Of a stretch of DNA of 64,000 nucleotides, positions 56,601 to 64,000 are shown in pieces; position 1 is the stretch's first letter; each line of letters starts with the position of its first letter. The notes below the pieces were generated by a model that made no database searches, had not been told where the DNA came from, and saw only the letters and a list, made by a program, of their open reading frames with translations. Source of the stretch: Thermoanaerobaculia bacterium (GTDB lineage Bacteria > Acidobacteriota > Thermoanaerobaculia > Gp7-AA8). A program made the position numbers and the translations under genes. The stretch covers positions 10,596 through 74,595 of the forward strand of contig JBIOTX010000044.1 in NCBI GenBank assembly GCA_044866315.1, written 5' to 3'.

Positions 56601-58662
56601 GCCGCACGACGACGCCCAGCGGCTGCTGATCGCGTTTGAGGAAGGCCTGCTCGCCCTCGCCGACGCCGGAGCAGCACAGACACTCCGAGACGTGCTCATG
56701 GTCGTTGTCGGCAGCAACCGCATGGCGGCTGTCTGGCGGCGGCTGCTCCGTGCGGGCGCGCAACGGCCCGGCACGCTGGGCGTCCTGCTCGCCCCGCTGC
56801 TCCAGCGGCCTGTGTTCGACGCATACGACACGTCAAGGGCGGCTGTGCGTCTCGCGCAGGCCGTGTACCCGCACCTTGCGGCGCCGGAGCGCGAAAAGCT
56901 CGATGAGGTTTTGCTTTCGCTCTCCGACACCGCGGACAAAGGACGGCCTGCGCGTGAGCGGCTTCGGGATGAGTGCGTCGGCGGCCTGCCGCAGGAGCTG
57001 CTCCAGAAGCAGGAGTTGCGCGATCTTGCCGGTCGCCTCGCGGCCACGAGGGACCGTGCGGGTGATGCGGCGGCTCGCCACCCCTCCGCAGCCGCCGATG
57101 ACGTCGACAAGGACGACGAGGACGACGATGATGAGGACTTCACGATGTCCACGGGTTGGCTCGATCCCGATGATGCGATGCTCCAGCTAGAAGGAGTCAA
57201 CGTGGCTGACGAAGCGAGTGCATACCTTCGCTCGCTGGTCGCACCGGTGCAAGCGTTCGCCAACAAACACACGAACACGGAGCCTGAACTGGGTGAGGTC
57301 GAGCAGATCCTGCCCGAAATTACACATTTGGAAGAAGCCGCAATCGATGGTGAATGGCGCAGGATACACGTACGAGTGCTGAAGCTCGCGCGTGTCGTAG
57401 TAGCCGAAGCATACTCCGTCATCCCGAAGTGCCGCGCGCTCCCGCCGGACCATGCCGCGCTGCAGCGCGCGCGGCAGGGCTTGCTTCAGGCGGCAACGAG
57501 CGCATCACCTGAAGTGGACGACAAAATCGAAGCAAATTGGGACATGAAGGGTAGCGGCTGGGGGCCCGCGGATCGGATCGAAGCGGGACAAGGGCTGCTG
57601 TACCTCGCTCGCCGGAAGGAGACGTGTGACTCCGAAGTTCTCGACGCTTTAGAAACATTGGCGGCTGATCCGGTTGCAGCAGTTCGATACCAGATTGCGG
57701 CAAACCTGAATCTCCTTTACTACACGGCGCGCGACCGCATGTGGAGCATCCTCGAGCGGCGCATCGCTGAAGAGCAGCGCGGGGGCCTGGCGAACGCCCT
57801 CCTCGCGTCCTTGCGCAGGTTGATTCCTGCCGACGAGGAGCGGGTGGCGGGGCTCGCGATTCAACTCGCAACGCGCTTCGCTGCACACAAAGAGGTGGCA
57901 CGCTCCTCCACGAAACTCCTCACCGCGATGTGGATCTGGCGAAAGACTGCCGGAGCCCGGGCGCATGTGGACCGCGCGATCGCCAACGTCAGCACTGCAC
58001 CGGAGGTCGCGGGTGCCGTTTTCCACGTCATTCGGAAGCCGCTCGCTCATGGCGCGCTCGGCGACCCAGAGGTGGAAGACGTCCGCGAACGGACCTTCGA
58101 AGTCACGAAACAGCTCCTCGCGAATGCGCTCGAATCCTACCGTACCGGTATCGAGGGGCAGGACTTCTCGGTACGCGGTGAAGCCGAGGTCGAGAATGCA
58201 CGCGCCATCGTTGGGATCATCGATGGGGTTGCGCGCGAACTGTACTTCGCCTCGGGCGCGCATGATCGATCAGAACGACGGCCCGCTGACGAACCGAAGC
58301 AGCGCCGGTTCTATACGGAAGCGGGTGGGGTGATCGACCTCCTCATCACGACCGGTCTGCCACCGGCGACGCACTCACTCGTGAAGATGTTCGAGTCGAT
58401 GATCGACCTGCAGCCGGCGGAAATCTTCTTCCGTATTCGCGATCTGATCCGCGCTGGCCACGCAGCAGGCTACTCACAAGAAGGTCTGGCGATCGACTTG
58501 GTCGTGAGGATTGTCGAGCGATACCTCGCCGACTATCGGCACCTCTTTCAAGCGAGTGCGGAACTGCGTGCGGCGCTGAGCGAGATTCTCAACCTCTTCA
58601 TCGCTGCTGGGTGGCCTCAGGCGCTTCGTCTGGCCTCACGTCTCGAAGACATCTTCCGCTAA
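53698..58662 (+). CDS. Bacterial NACHT/STAND-like P-loop NTPase (1654 aa) with N-terminal nuclease-like (DUF4297/Cap4-like, tentative) domain and C-terminal helical repeats
   Basis: Walker A FAIVGEPGAGKSAALY. Walker B VLFIDALDAARDE has the NACHT-like hhhhD[GA]hDE form. The N-terminal segment GEAVDDILVGFSDGGHDFVQAKRS looks like a PD-(D/E)xK unit (D ... QxK). An acidic stretch DDVDKDDEDDDDED is followed by about 700 aa of ARM/HEAT-like repeats. Confidence 0.65.
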   Translation: MSSSSSAGGAAAAGGTTFEARVAGWYGAHMLAEAGAPSVPGHASTARVQYLRCQSGEAVDDILVGFSDGGHDFVQAKRSLSLKVGENSELAKALDQCVRQVVGSRGDDKGGRPWDRPLDPARDRLVLAVGASSSKPIRDDLAAVLPRVPDLRPQQPLTDAALTTAQSNALAVVSDHVRRSWKAATGVDATDDDLRTLLSLLSVLEFDVDPGGANEREALLLLRSAVVHEPTHDAAAWHVVWSTTAQCAQDQSGLDRRGLEKAVRNAGIRMRGVRSYEQDVNRLKATSMQAMALVERFASFESGGAVIKLPRDVSDTIGTLAMHHSFAIVGEPGAGKSAALYEAAAALAPNTAVVVLQALDVACRNLAELRQQLGLEHHLVEVLDNWRDADVGVLFIDALDAARDEASARTLRDLMDLVLKKASRWRVVASIRSFDLKQGTHYQHVFHGSLADVPAEFQRSEFAQGRHVFVPRLSDQELAELATLAPLLRPLIDSASGPLKDLLRVPFNVQLLAQLVDDGAELSALQPLRTQGELLDLYWLRRVRRDAHGDARESLLRRVCEQMVAARQLRVDRTSLSLGSTESSLLHDLLSAHVVMELDSPHARVLTFSHHVLFDYAAARLLLPVEPGDLATYLASEPSLVFVLRPSLVLAFHERWCHSREAFWATTLRLIADDRIEAVGEVIGPVTAVDLATSDEDWNPVFEALAGANPSMQAAAAKALQYVVGSLLAGSLRPTVGADAAPWAALAERIAASLRPDLTGALRVLLYQLTEKDGEMTPEERASAGRAARLLLQYAERELPNNRNLVNASIVFVARTIATAPSASTLLLRRSLEPDRVQQFGYHELPALAREVQHLMADPAFVADLYVATFSFTEKSKETTAIGRSAILPLSSNRAQDYEGAYYALAEAFPAFFEASPVHATGALVRAIDAFIQEEHPPASGIIEEETFTVGEAPVRLRTDYSEIWDKTPHDDAQRLLIAFEEGLLALADAGAAQTLRDVLMVVVGSNRMAAVWRRLLRAGAQRPGTLGVLLAPLLQRPVFDAYDTSRAAVRLAQAVYPHLAAPEREKLDEVLLSLSDTADKGRPARERLRDECVGGLPQELLQKQELRDLAGRLAATRDRAGDAAARHPSAAADDVDKDDEDDDDEDFTMSTGWLDPDDAMLQLEGVNVADEASAYLRSLVAPVQAFANKHTNTEPELGEVEQILPEITHLEEAAIDGEWRRIHVRVLKLARVVVAEAYSVIPKCRALPPDHAALQRARQGLLQAATSASPEVDDKIEANWDMKGSGWGPADRIEAGQGLLYLARRKETCDSEVLDALETLAADPVAAVRYQIAANLNLLYYTARDRMWSILERRIAEEQRGGLANALLASLRRLIPADEERVAGLAIQLATRFAAHKEVARSSTKLLTAMWIWRKTAGARAHVDRAIANVSTAPEVAGAVFHVIRKPLAHGALGDPEVEDVRERTFEVTKQLLANALESYRTGIEGQDFSVRGEAEVENARAIVGIIDGVARELYFASGAHDRSERRPADEPKQRRFYTEAGGVIDLLITTGLPPATHSLVKMFESMIDLQPAEIFFRIRDLIRAGHAAGYSQEGLAIDLVVRIVERYLADYRHLFQASAELRAALSEILNLFIAAGWPQALRLASRLEDIFR

Positions 58663-58931
58663 GTCGCTCGCCGAGTGATCGCCGTTGCCCGTTCTGTCAC
58701 CGACCACCGTCCACGCCTCCGACGCGTTCGTACTCATCTGCCGCTTCCCTGTCCGTGCTCGTGCCGGAGCACACCGGCGAAGCATCGGGTGATAGAATTC
58801 CGCGTGTGCAATACGTGTGTGGAGGGGCGATTTTGAGCATTTTTGGGAGTTCGGGAGCCTCACGTTCTCAATAACTTACTGAGCCCACGAAGGTTGTCGG
58901 AATCCGAGTCCCGTTTCCCGCTCCAACTAGC

Positions 58932-58961
58932 TGACCTGATCCGAAGGGCCGCGAGAGATCG
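58932..58961. terminator. GC-rich perfect hairpin (13-bp stem, GAGA loop) between convergent genes
   Basis: cgaagggccgcga-gaga-tcgcggcccttcg lies 16 nt downstream of the Uma2 gene stop on the minus strand. No U-tract follows. Confidence 0.3.
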
Positions 58962-58976
58962 CGGCCCTTCGTGCGC

Positions 58977-59588
58977 TTAGTCCTGTTCCGGCGCGAGCTC
59001 GGAAAGTTTCCGCCAAAGCGCGTCGAGGTCGATCGAAAATCCCTCGCATCCCGGAACGTTCGTCATCGTTCCTTCCGTTGCGTAGGCGGCGCGCGCATAG
59101 CGACCATCCGTCAGCTCCCAGACTTCCAGCGACTGCAGCCGCGGATCGAGAATCCAGTAGTAACGAATTCCGAACGATGCGTACTCGGCCATCTTCTCGA
59201 TGCGATCGCGCCGTTCATCGCGCGGCGTGGACGACACCACTTCGACGGCGATGTCCGGGGGCGTGCTGAGGGCTCCGTTACGCGGAATCTTCTGATTCCG
59301 ACCGGGCAGATAAACGGTGATATCGGGTTTGCGTCCCCGATCATCCCCAACCGCATATTTGGCATCCGAACCGAGAATCCAGCCCTGTTCTCCAAGCCAA
59401 TTTCCGAGCACGCGTCCCAGCCACATCACCACGATCTCGTGCACGGCACTCGACACTTCCTCCTCCTCCAGGCGGCCGTCGACGAGCTCTCCCGGCTCAT
59501 CCTCGTCCATCGCCGCCCACTCTTCGAGAGTGAGGTGACGGCCGAGGATGGGGCGTGGGTCTTCGACAGAGGCAAGCGACATGATCAC
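58977..59588 (-). CDS. Uma2-family (DUF820) PD-(D/E)xK endonuclease
   Basis: Core KPDITVYLPG...PPDIAVEVVSSTP (D...EVxS) and the typical ~200-aa length. Confidence 0.7.
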   Translation of the reverse strand: MIMSLASVEDPRPILGRHLTLEEWAAMDEDEPGELVDGRLEEEEVSSAVHEIVVMWLGRVLGNWLGEQGWILGSDAKYAVGDDRGRKPDITVYLPGRNQKIPRNGALSTPPDIAVEVVSSTPRDERRDRIEKMAEYASFGIRYYWILDPRLQSLEVWELTDGRYARAAYATEGTMTNVPGCEGFSIDLDALWRKLSELAPEQD

Positions 59589-59751
59589 AAGATGTTAGCA
59601 CCGTGGAGTGCCCGGCCGTAGCCGTCGTTGAGGGTATTCTTCATGCAGCGGACGGGCGGAAACCGCTGGTTCGCAGCGTATGGTTCGTGGTCCGGGACGG
59701 CGACGCAGCGACGCTGGTCACTGCCTACCCACTGGAGGGGAGGTCGAAACG

Positions 59752-59979
59752 ATGATCCGAGAGCTTGATCGTGTGGTCCTGAACACACGGCTCGACGCAT
59801 TGAGCCTCGAGCCAGGCGACGTCGGAACCGTCGTGCTCGTCCATGACGGTGGCCGAGGATTCGAAGTCGAGTTCGTGACGCTCGGCGGCGAAACCTACGC
59901 CGTGACCACCCTCATGCGCGACGACGTCCGTCCGATCGACCGCAACGAGATCGCGCACGCGCGCGTGGTCGCGGCCTGA
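59752..59979 (+). CDS. DUF4926-domain small protein
   Basis: MIRELDRVVLNTRLDALSLEPGDVGTVVLVHDGGRGFEVEFVTLGGETYAVTTL matches the DUF4926 pattern. The SD ggaggggagg precedes ATG 59752; the track ORF starts earlier at 59680. Confidence 0.55.
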   Translation: MIRELDRVVLNTRLDALSLEPGDVGTVVLVHDGGRGFEVEFVTLGGETYAVTTLMRDDVRPIDRNEIAHARVVAA

Positions 59980-60004
59980 AGATCCAGCGAGCTCTCATGA
60001 CGGC

Positions 60005-60280
60005 ATGAGCGACCTCGCCAACCGCATCGTCCAGAAGCTCTGGTCCTACTGCAACGTCCTGCGCGACGACGGGCTCTCGTACCAGGACTACCTCGAGCAG
60101 CTCACCTTCCTGCTCTTCCTCAAGATGGCCGACGAGCGCGCGCGGCTCACCGGCGAGGAGCAGGCCATTCCCGCCGGCCATCGCTGGGCCGACCTGGCCG
60201 CGCCGCAGATGGAAGGGGTCGAGCTCGTGGCGTGTTACCGGCCCGGCGACCGCCACACCTCCCCGACCCGCACATCCTGG
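60005..60280 (+). pseudogene. hsdM: N-terminal fragment of a type I restriction-modification HsdM subunit
   Basis: MSDLANRIVQKLWSYCNVLRDDGLSYQDYLEQLTFLLFLKMADERA...IPAGHRWADLA matches the HsdM N-terminal domain. The frame then degenerates into Arg/Ser-rich nonsense, and no methylase catalytic domain follows. Confidence 0.5.
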
Positions 60281-60396
60281 CGCAGGAGGTCGCCGACGAT
60301 CTGCGATCGGCTCTTGCCCAGATCGAAGACGTCCTGGGGGACCTGGAGCAACGAGCGGTCGCGACCGCCTCTTCGGAGTGACAGCGGGCACCGTGC

Positions 60397-60438
60397 GCGC
60401 AGCACCGGCGATGGTCCTCGGATCTGACGCTCAGATCC
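60397..60438. repeat. 42-bp direct repeat copy 1 with internal perfect hairpin (GGATCTGA-cgc-TCAGATCC)
   Basis: gcgcagcaccggcgatggtcctcggatctgacgctcagatcc; 38/42 identical to copy 2. Confidence 0.6.
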
Positions 60439-60544
60439 AAAGATCACCGCGATCGAAAAGGCGAGAGGAGGCCGCGGTCCGCGTGAGAGACGGGACTCGT
60501 TTCACGAATACGAGCATCGCTCGTCGTCGCCCTGCGCCGGGTCG

Positions 60545-60586
60545 GCGCAGCACCGGCGATGGTTCCCGGATCTGAGGCTCAGATCC
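60545..60586. repeat. 42-bp direct repeat copy 2 with internal hairpin (GGATCTGAG-g-CTCAGATCC)
   Basis: gcgcagcaccggcgatggttcccggatctgaggctcagatcc; lies 106 bp downstream of copy 1. Confidence 0.6.
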
Positions 60587-60636
60587 GGCCCATACGACAG
60601 CGCATGGGCGTAAGGCCTGACATGCCGCCGCTGCCG

Positions 60637-60891
60637 CTACGCTGTGTTTCTTGGGGTGAAGTAAGAACACACGGTCGAGCCACAAGTGCACGCGCAGCAA
60701 TTTTGATACTGCACGCACTGATTGTATTGATAGTTGATGCACTCCCAGCCGGTACACCCCGCATCCCGGCACTGTACGAGCATGTCACTGGCGTCGGACT
60801 CCGGCGCCAGGGCGAGAGCGCCCACGGCGACGGCAAGCAAGAGCAGGTTGATCCATAACCGGCGAGAGGAACGGATCGCGATCGATTTCAT
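60637..60891 (-). CDS. Small secreted Cys-rich peptide (84 aa precursor; 9 Cys in ~48-aa mature region)
   Basis: Sec-type leader MKSIAIRSSRRLWINLLLLAVAVGALALAPESDA. The core is QCRDAGCTGWECINYQYNQCVQYQNCCACTCGSTVCSYF. Confidence 0.5.
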   Translation of the reverse strand: MKSIAIRSSRRLWINLLLLAVAVGALALAPESDASDMLVQCRDAGCTGWECINYQYNQCVQYQNCCACTCGSTVCSYFTPRNTA

Positions 60892-60945
60892 GGAAGGCCT
60901 CGGCGACGAGATCTCACATGGCGTTGTCGCGAGCCAGGCCCCCGT

Positions 60946-61185
60946 TCACTCCGCCAGCGGCGAGCACCTTGCGTAGTCTTCTTCGCACCCGATCAGACAA
61001 TAGAACTGTCCCTCCGGGATGCGCTCAACGTCGTAACAGCCTGCCTTGCAGGCGTCACGCTCCTTTTTGCAGTCTCTGGCCTCGCCACTCGCGGAGGGCG
61101 CCAGTGCCAGCGCACCCAGCATAATGCTGAGAATCAGCACGTTGATCAGAAGACGCCGGCGGGAGGAAGTCGCGATCCATTTCAT
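60946..61185 (-). CDS. Small secreted Cys-rich peptide paralog (79 aa precursor; 6 Cys)
   Basis: Leader MKWIATSSRRRLLINVLILSIMLGALALAPSASG is about 60% identical to the neighbouring leader. The core is DCKKERDACKAGCYDVERIPEGQFYCLIGCEEDYARC. SD GGAGG lies 7 nt upstream of ATG (complement 61183-61185). The track shows it only as the tail of the longer ORF 60946..61542. Confidence 0.5.
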   Translation of the reverse strand: MKWIATSSRRRLLINVLILSIMLGALALAPSASGEARDCKKERDACKAGCYDVERIPEGQFYCLIGCEEDYARCSPLAE

Positions 61186-61680
61186 GCTCAGCCTCCGTTT
61201 GGAAGAGTTTTTTGTTACTGCACGAGCCATGGATCTTAGGCGACATCGTCGCCATCTCTGCGCCCCGTTCGAGGGGGTTGGCCACCCCTCCCGATGAGGG
61301 GTTCGGGACCTGCCCGCCGTCCAATCGTGCTCCCATTGCCGCCGCACTCCAAAACGTGTTACGCGCGCGTGAACACGCCTGACTCGCGTGGCCGTGTTCA
61401 CAGCACAGTAGCGGCGGTCCTGATTCAAAAACCCGATCGCGCGAACGCGACTCTCCGAATGGAACGCCCGCCGTAACCTCCACGCACCACCACACCACGC
61501 CCCTGAAAATCCGTCTCGTCCCTCCCCGGCAGCGGTTCGCATCGCCGTCCCAGCGTCTCGTCACATTGCCCGCCTTCCTCGCCGAACCGGCAGCCCGATT
61601 GCCCTTCTGATCCGCGCACGCTGTTCGTTCGAGCGTTCACGCGAATCACCGAACCATCTCACTGATCAGAAGGAGTTTTC

Positions 61681-64000
61681 ATGAAATTCACGCATCGCAT
61701 GAGGATAGGACTCACCGCGCTGTGCCTGTTGTTGTCGTTGCCCACATTCGCCGCCGTGACAGGCAATCTGTACGGCGTGGTCACCGACTCGAGTGGAGCG
61801 GTTTTGCCGGGGGTGACCGTGACGGCCACCAGCCCGGTGCTGCAGGGCACGCGCACCTCGATCACCAATGAAGCGGGCGAATACCACCTGCAGCTTCTCC
61901 CCCCCGGCGTCTACCGCGTCGAGCTCTCGCTGTCCGGGCTGAACCCGGTGGTGAAGGAGAACATCAACGTCGGCCTCGATCAGACGACGAAGCTGGACGT
62001 GCAGATGCAGATGGGTGCGGTGTCGGAGGCCATCACGGTCACCGCTGATGCGGTGGTGGTCGATCCGACGCAGACGACGGTGCAGCAGAACTTCGGTCAG
62101 CAGCATCTGAAATACGCCGCCATCGGTCAGGCCGGGCGGACATATCAGTCCGTTCTGCAGCAGGCCCCCGGTGTGGCCGGCGCCGCCGGCGGCAATCCGC
62201 AGGTAATGGGTGCGAATCTCGGGCAGAACAACTACATGCTGGACGGCGTGAACACGACCGATCCGGTGACGCACACGTTCGGCTCGAATCTGCCCTTCGA
62301 CGCGATCCAGGAAGTCTCGATCCAGACCCTCGGCAAGGACGCCGAGTACGGGCGCGCGATCGGCGGCGTGGTCAACGTCGTCACCAAGACCGGCGGCAAT
62401 GAGTTCACCGGGACGCTGGACGCGCGCATCACCAACGAGGATCTGTCGGAGTCCGGCGATCACTTCGACGCCGACTCGCAGAACTTCCAGAACTTCGCTC
62501 CCTCCGCCACCCTCGGCGGCCCGATCAAGAGAGACAAGATCTGGTTCTTCGGCTCGGTCGACCGGCCGGACACCGCTCGCGACAACCCGGCCCGCCCCGG
62601 CGCGAACTGGCAGTCGGGAACGCGTACGTTCCAGGGCTGGAACTCGCTCGGGAAAATCACCGCGACGCCGGCCGCGAATCACACCCTGGCCTTCCGTTTC
62701 ACCGACAACCGCGCCGACATCGAGAACTCCCAGGACGACCCGCTGTTCCGTCCGGAAGCGGACTCGCTGCAGACCCAGGAGTCCACCATCTACAACCTGG
62801 GATATGACGTCATCATCACTCCCCAGTGGCTGGCCAGCGCCCAGGTCGGCGTGCGCCGCGGCTTCCTCGAGACCCGCCCGATGAACGGTGACCTGAACAC
62901 CGTGGGCATCACCAACAACACCACCGGCGTGCGCTGGTCCGCGTACACCAACCACCAGGGCGGCGACCGCAACCGCGATGAGCTCATCGCCTCGACGACG
63001 TACTTCTGGAACGGCATGGGCTCGCACACGTTCAAGCTCGGGCTCAACTTCGATCAGTCCGAGTTCTCCTCCTTCAACAACGTGACCGGCCTCGGCGTCG
63101 ACCAGTCGCTCTGCTCGACCGCCTTCGGCCACCCGGCCGGCTCGATCTGCGGCGCGACTCAGATCAACCTCGGCGGCGGCGTAAATGACATCGGCACCAA
63201 CCGCCGCCTGACGGTCACGAACGTCCTGCCGACGGAGACCTACGAGAGCGACCTGCAGGCCTATTACGTTCAGGACGAGTGGCACCCCATCGCTCCGGTG
63301 ACCCTGCGGCTCGGCCTGCGCTACGAGGCCGTCGACTTCTCCACTCCCGGCGCGGACACGCCGACCCTGGACAAGCTCCAGCCGCGCCTCGGCGCGGCCT
63401 GGGACATCTTCAACAACTCCAATACGATCCTTCACGGCTTCTGGGGCGAGGTCATGGACGACAACGGCCTGACCCTGGCGAGCTTCCTGAGCCAGCAGGG
63501 AGCGGTCAGCGCGCTCTTCGACTGGAACGCGGCTTCCAACAGCTGGGTCTATCTCACGACCATCGGCGGACCGTCCGGCAATGAGTTCGACGCGGACCTG
63601 AAGCCGACCTACGGCACGGAGATGAACCTCGGCTTCACCCAGCGCGTCTGGACCAACACGGCCATCGACGTCACCGCCATCTGGCGTGAGACCCACGACA
63701 TCTTCGAGGACGCATGCGCGGACGAGGAGTGCCATTTCTTCTCTCTGACCAACCATCCGCACGGCTTGGGCGACGCTCTCCGCGGTGAATACCAGGCGTA
63801 CATCGCCAAGATCGAGACCCGTCCGTATTCGTGGCTGAGCGGTCTCGTCAGCTACACCTATGCGACCTCGGAAGGCTCCGTCGAATACACCCAGAATGCG
63901 GGCGCGGATTTCGACGTGGCCCCCGATCACGTGGTGAATCGCTTCGGCTATCTGTCCGATGACGCGCGCCATCGCATCAAGGCGTCCGGCTTCGCCCGTG
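61681..64000 (+). CDS. Partial CDS (3' end beyond window): CarbopepD_reg-like and TonB-dependent receptor-like outer-membrane protein
   Basis: SD aaggag before ATG 61681. Signal peptide MKFTHRMRIGLTALCLLLSLPTFAA. GNLYGVVTDSSGAVLPGVTVTATSP is a carboxypeptidase-regulatory-like domain. A plug-like region follows (TVTADAVVVDPTQTT...). The frame stays open to the window end, and the antisense 768-aa ORF on the minus strand is spurious. Confidence 0.7.
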   Translation, partial: MKFTHRMRIGLTALCLLLSLPTFAAVTGNLYGVVTDSSGAVLPGVTVTATSPVLQGTRTSITNEAGEYHLQLLPPGVYRVELSLSGLNPVVKENINVGLDQTTKLDVQMQMGAVSEAITVTADAVVVDPTQTTVQQNFGQQHLKYAAIGQAGRTYQSVLQQAPGVAGAAGGNPQVMGANLGQNNYMLDGVNTTDPVTHTFGSNLPFDAIQEVSIQTLGKDAEYGRAIGGVVNVVTKTGGNEFTGTLDARITNEDLSESGDHFDADSQNFQNFAPSATLGGPIKRDKIWFFGSVDRPDTARDNPARPGANWQSGTRTFQGWNSLGKITATPAANHTLAFRFTDNRADIENSQDDPLFRPEADSLQTQESTIYNLGYDVIITPQWLASAQVGVRRGFLETRPMNGDLNTVGITNNTTGVRWSAYTNHQGGDRNRDELIASTTYFWNGMGSHTFKLGLNFDQSEFSSFNNVTGLGVDQSLCSTAFGHPAGSICGATQINLGGGVNDIGTNRRLTVTNVLPTETYESDLQAYYVQDEWHPIAPVTLRLGLRYEAVDFSTPGADTPTLDKLQPRLGAAWDIFNNSNTILHGFWGEVMDDNGLTLASFLSQQGAVSALFDWNAASNSWVYLTTIGGPSGNEFDADLKPTYGTEMNLGFTQRVWTNTAIDVTAIWRETHDIFEDACADEECHFFSLTNHPHGLGDALRGEYQAYIAKIETRPYSWLSGLVSYTYATSEGSVEYTQNAGADFDVAPDHVVNRFGYLSDDARHRIKASGFAR

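Noticed and set aside
60397-60586. Possible CRISPR array
   Set aside because: There are only two repeat copies, each with an internal perfect palindrome typical of REP/MITE-like elements. The spacer is a different length from the repeat-unit periodicity, and no cas genes are nearby.
61666-63972. 768-aa minus-strand ORF
   Set aside because: It is antisense to the TonB-dependent receptor gene, whose plus-strand frame has an SD, a signal peptide and a CarbopepD_reg domain. The minus-strand translation is an Arg/Gly/Val-rich high-GC artefact.

Overview
High-GC bacterial chromosomal window (Acidobacteria-like, suggested by a CarbopepD_reg/TonB-receptor gene and transmembrane HTH-TolB regulators). 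Three gene classes are present. Core metabolism: a minus-strand SAM methyltransferase, lysA, dapF, dapD operon, an ECF sigma/anti-sigma pair, and TPR regulators. Mobile/decayed DNA: a roughly 11-kb integrative-element remnant (about 24.3 to 35.4 kb) with a truncated tyrosine recombinase, a large serine recombinase, a domain-swapped Toprim/CHC2 primase, P-loop ATPases, RadC, RuvC-like, XRE and a TAT-secreted reprolysin-like metalloprotease as cargo. Also decayed: a twice-frameshifted N4/N6 DNA methyltransferase pseudogene and an hsdM N-terminal fragment beside Uma2 and DUF4926. Three candidate novel systems: (1) a minus-strand operon at 9.1-13.8 kb coupling a Ser/Thr kinase fused to a guanylate-kinase-like domain with a Nudix protein and two further GK-like paralogs; (2) a tightly coupled plus-strand operon at 35.7-43.9 kb encoding a 1677-aa secreted giant protein, an ExbB/MotA-like channel with an N-terminal periplasmic extension, two ExbD/TolR-like paralogs and an anchored DUF5675-like protein; (3) a divergent pair of giant proteins at 49.7-58.7 kb, one a bacterial NACHT/STAND-like NTPase with an N-terminal nuclease-like domain. 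Further observations: an 11-bp-arm palindrome with a 14-nt spacer found twice, each about 220-240 bp upstream of the kinase and ECF-sigma operons; two 42-bp direct repeats with internal hairpins; a tandem pair of Cys-rich secreted peptides with conserved leaders. All calls come from reading translated ORFs and motifs by eye; no database searches were run.
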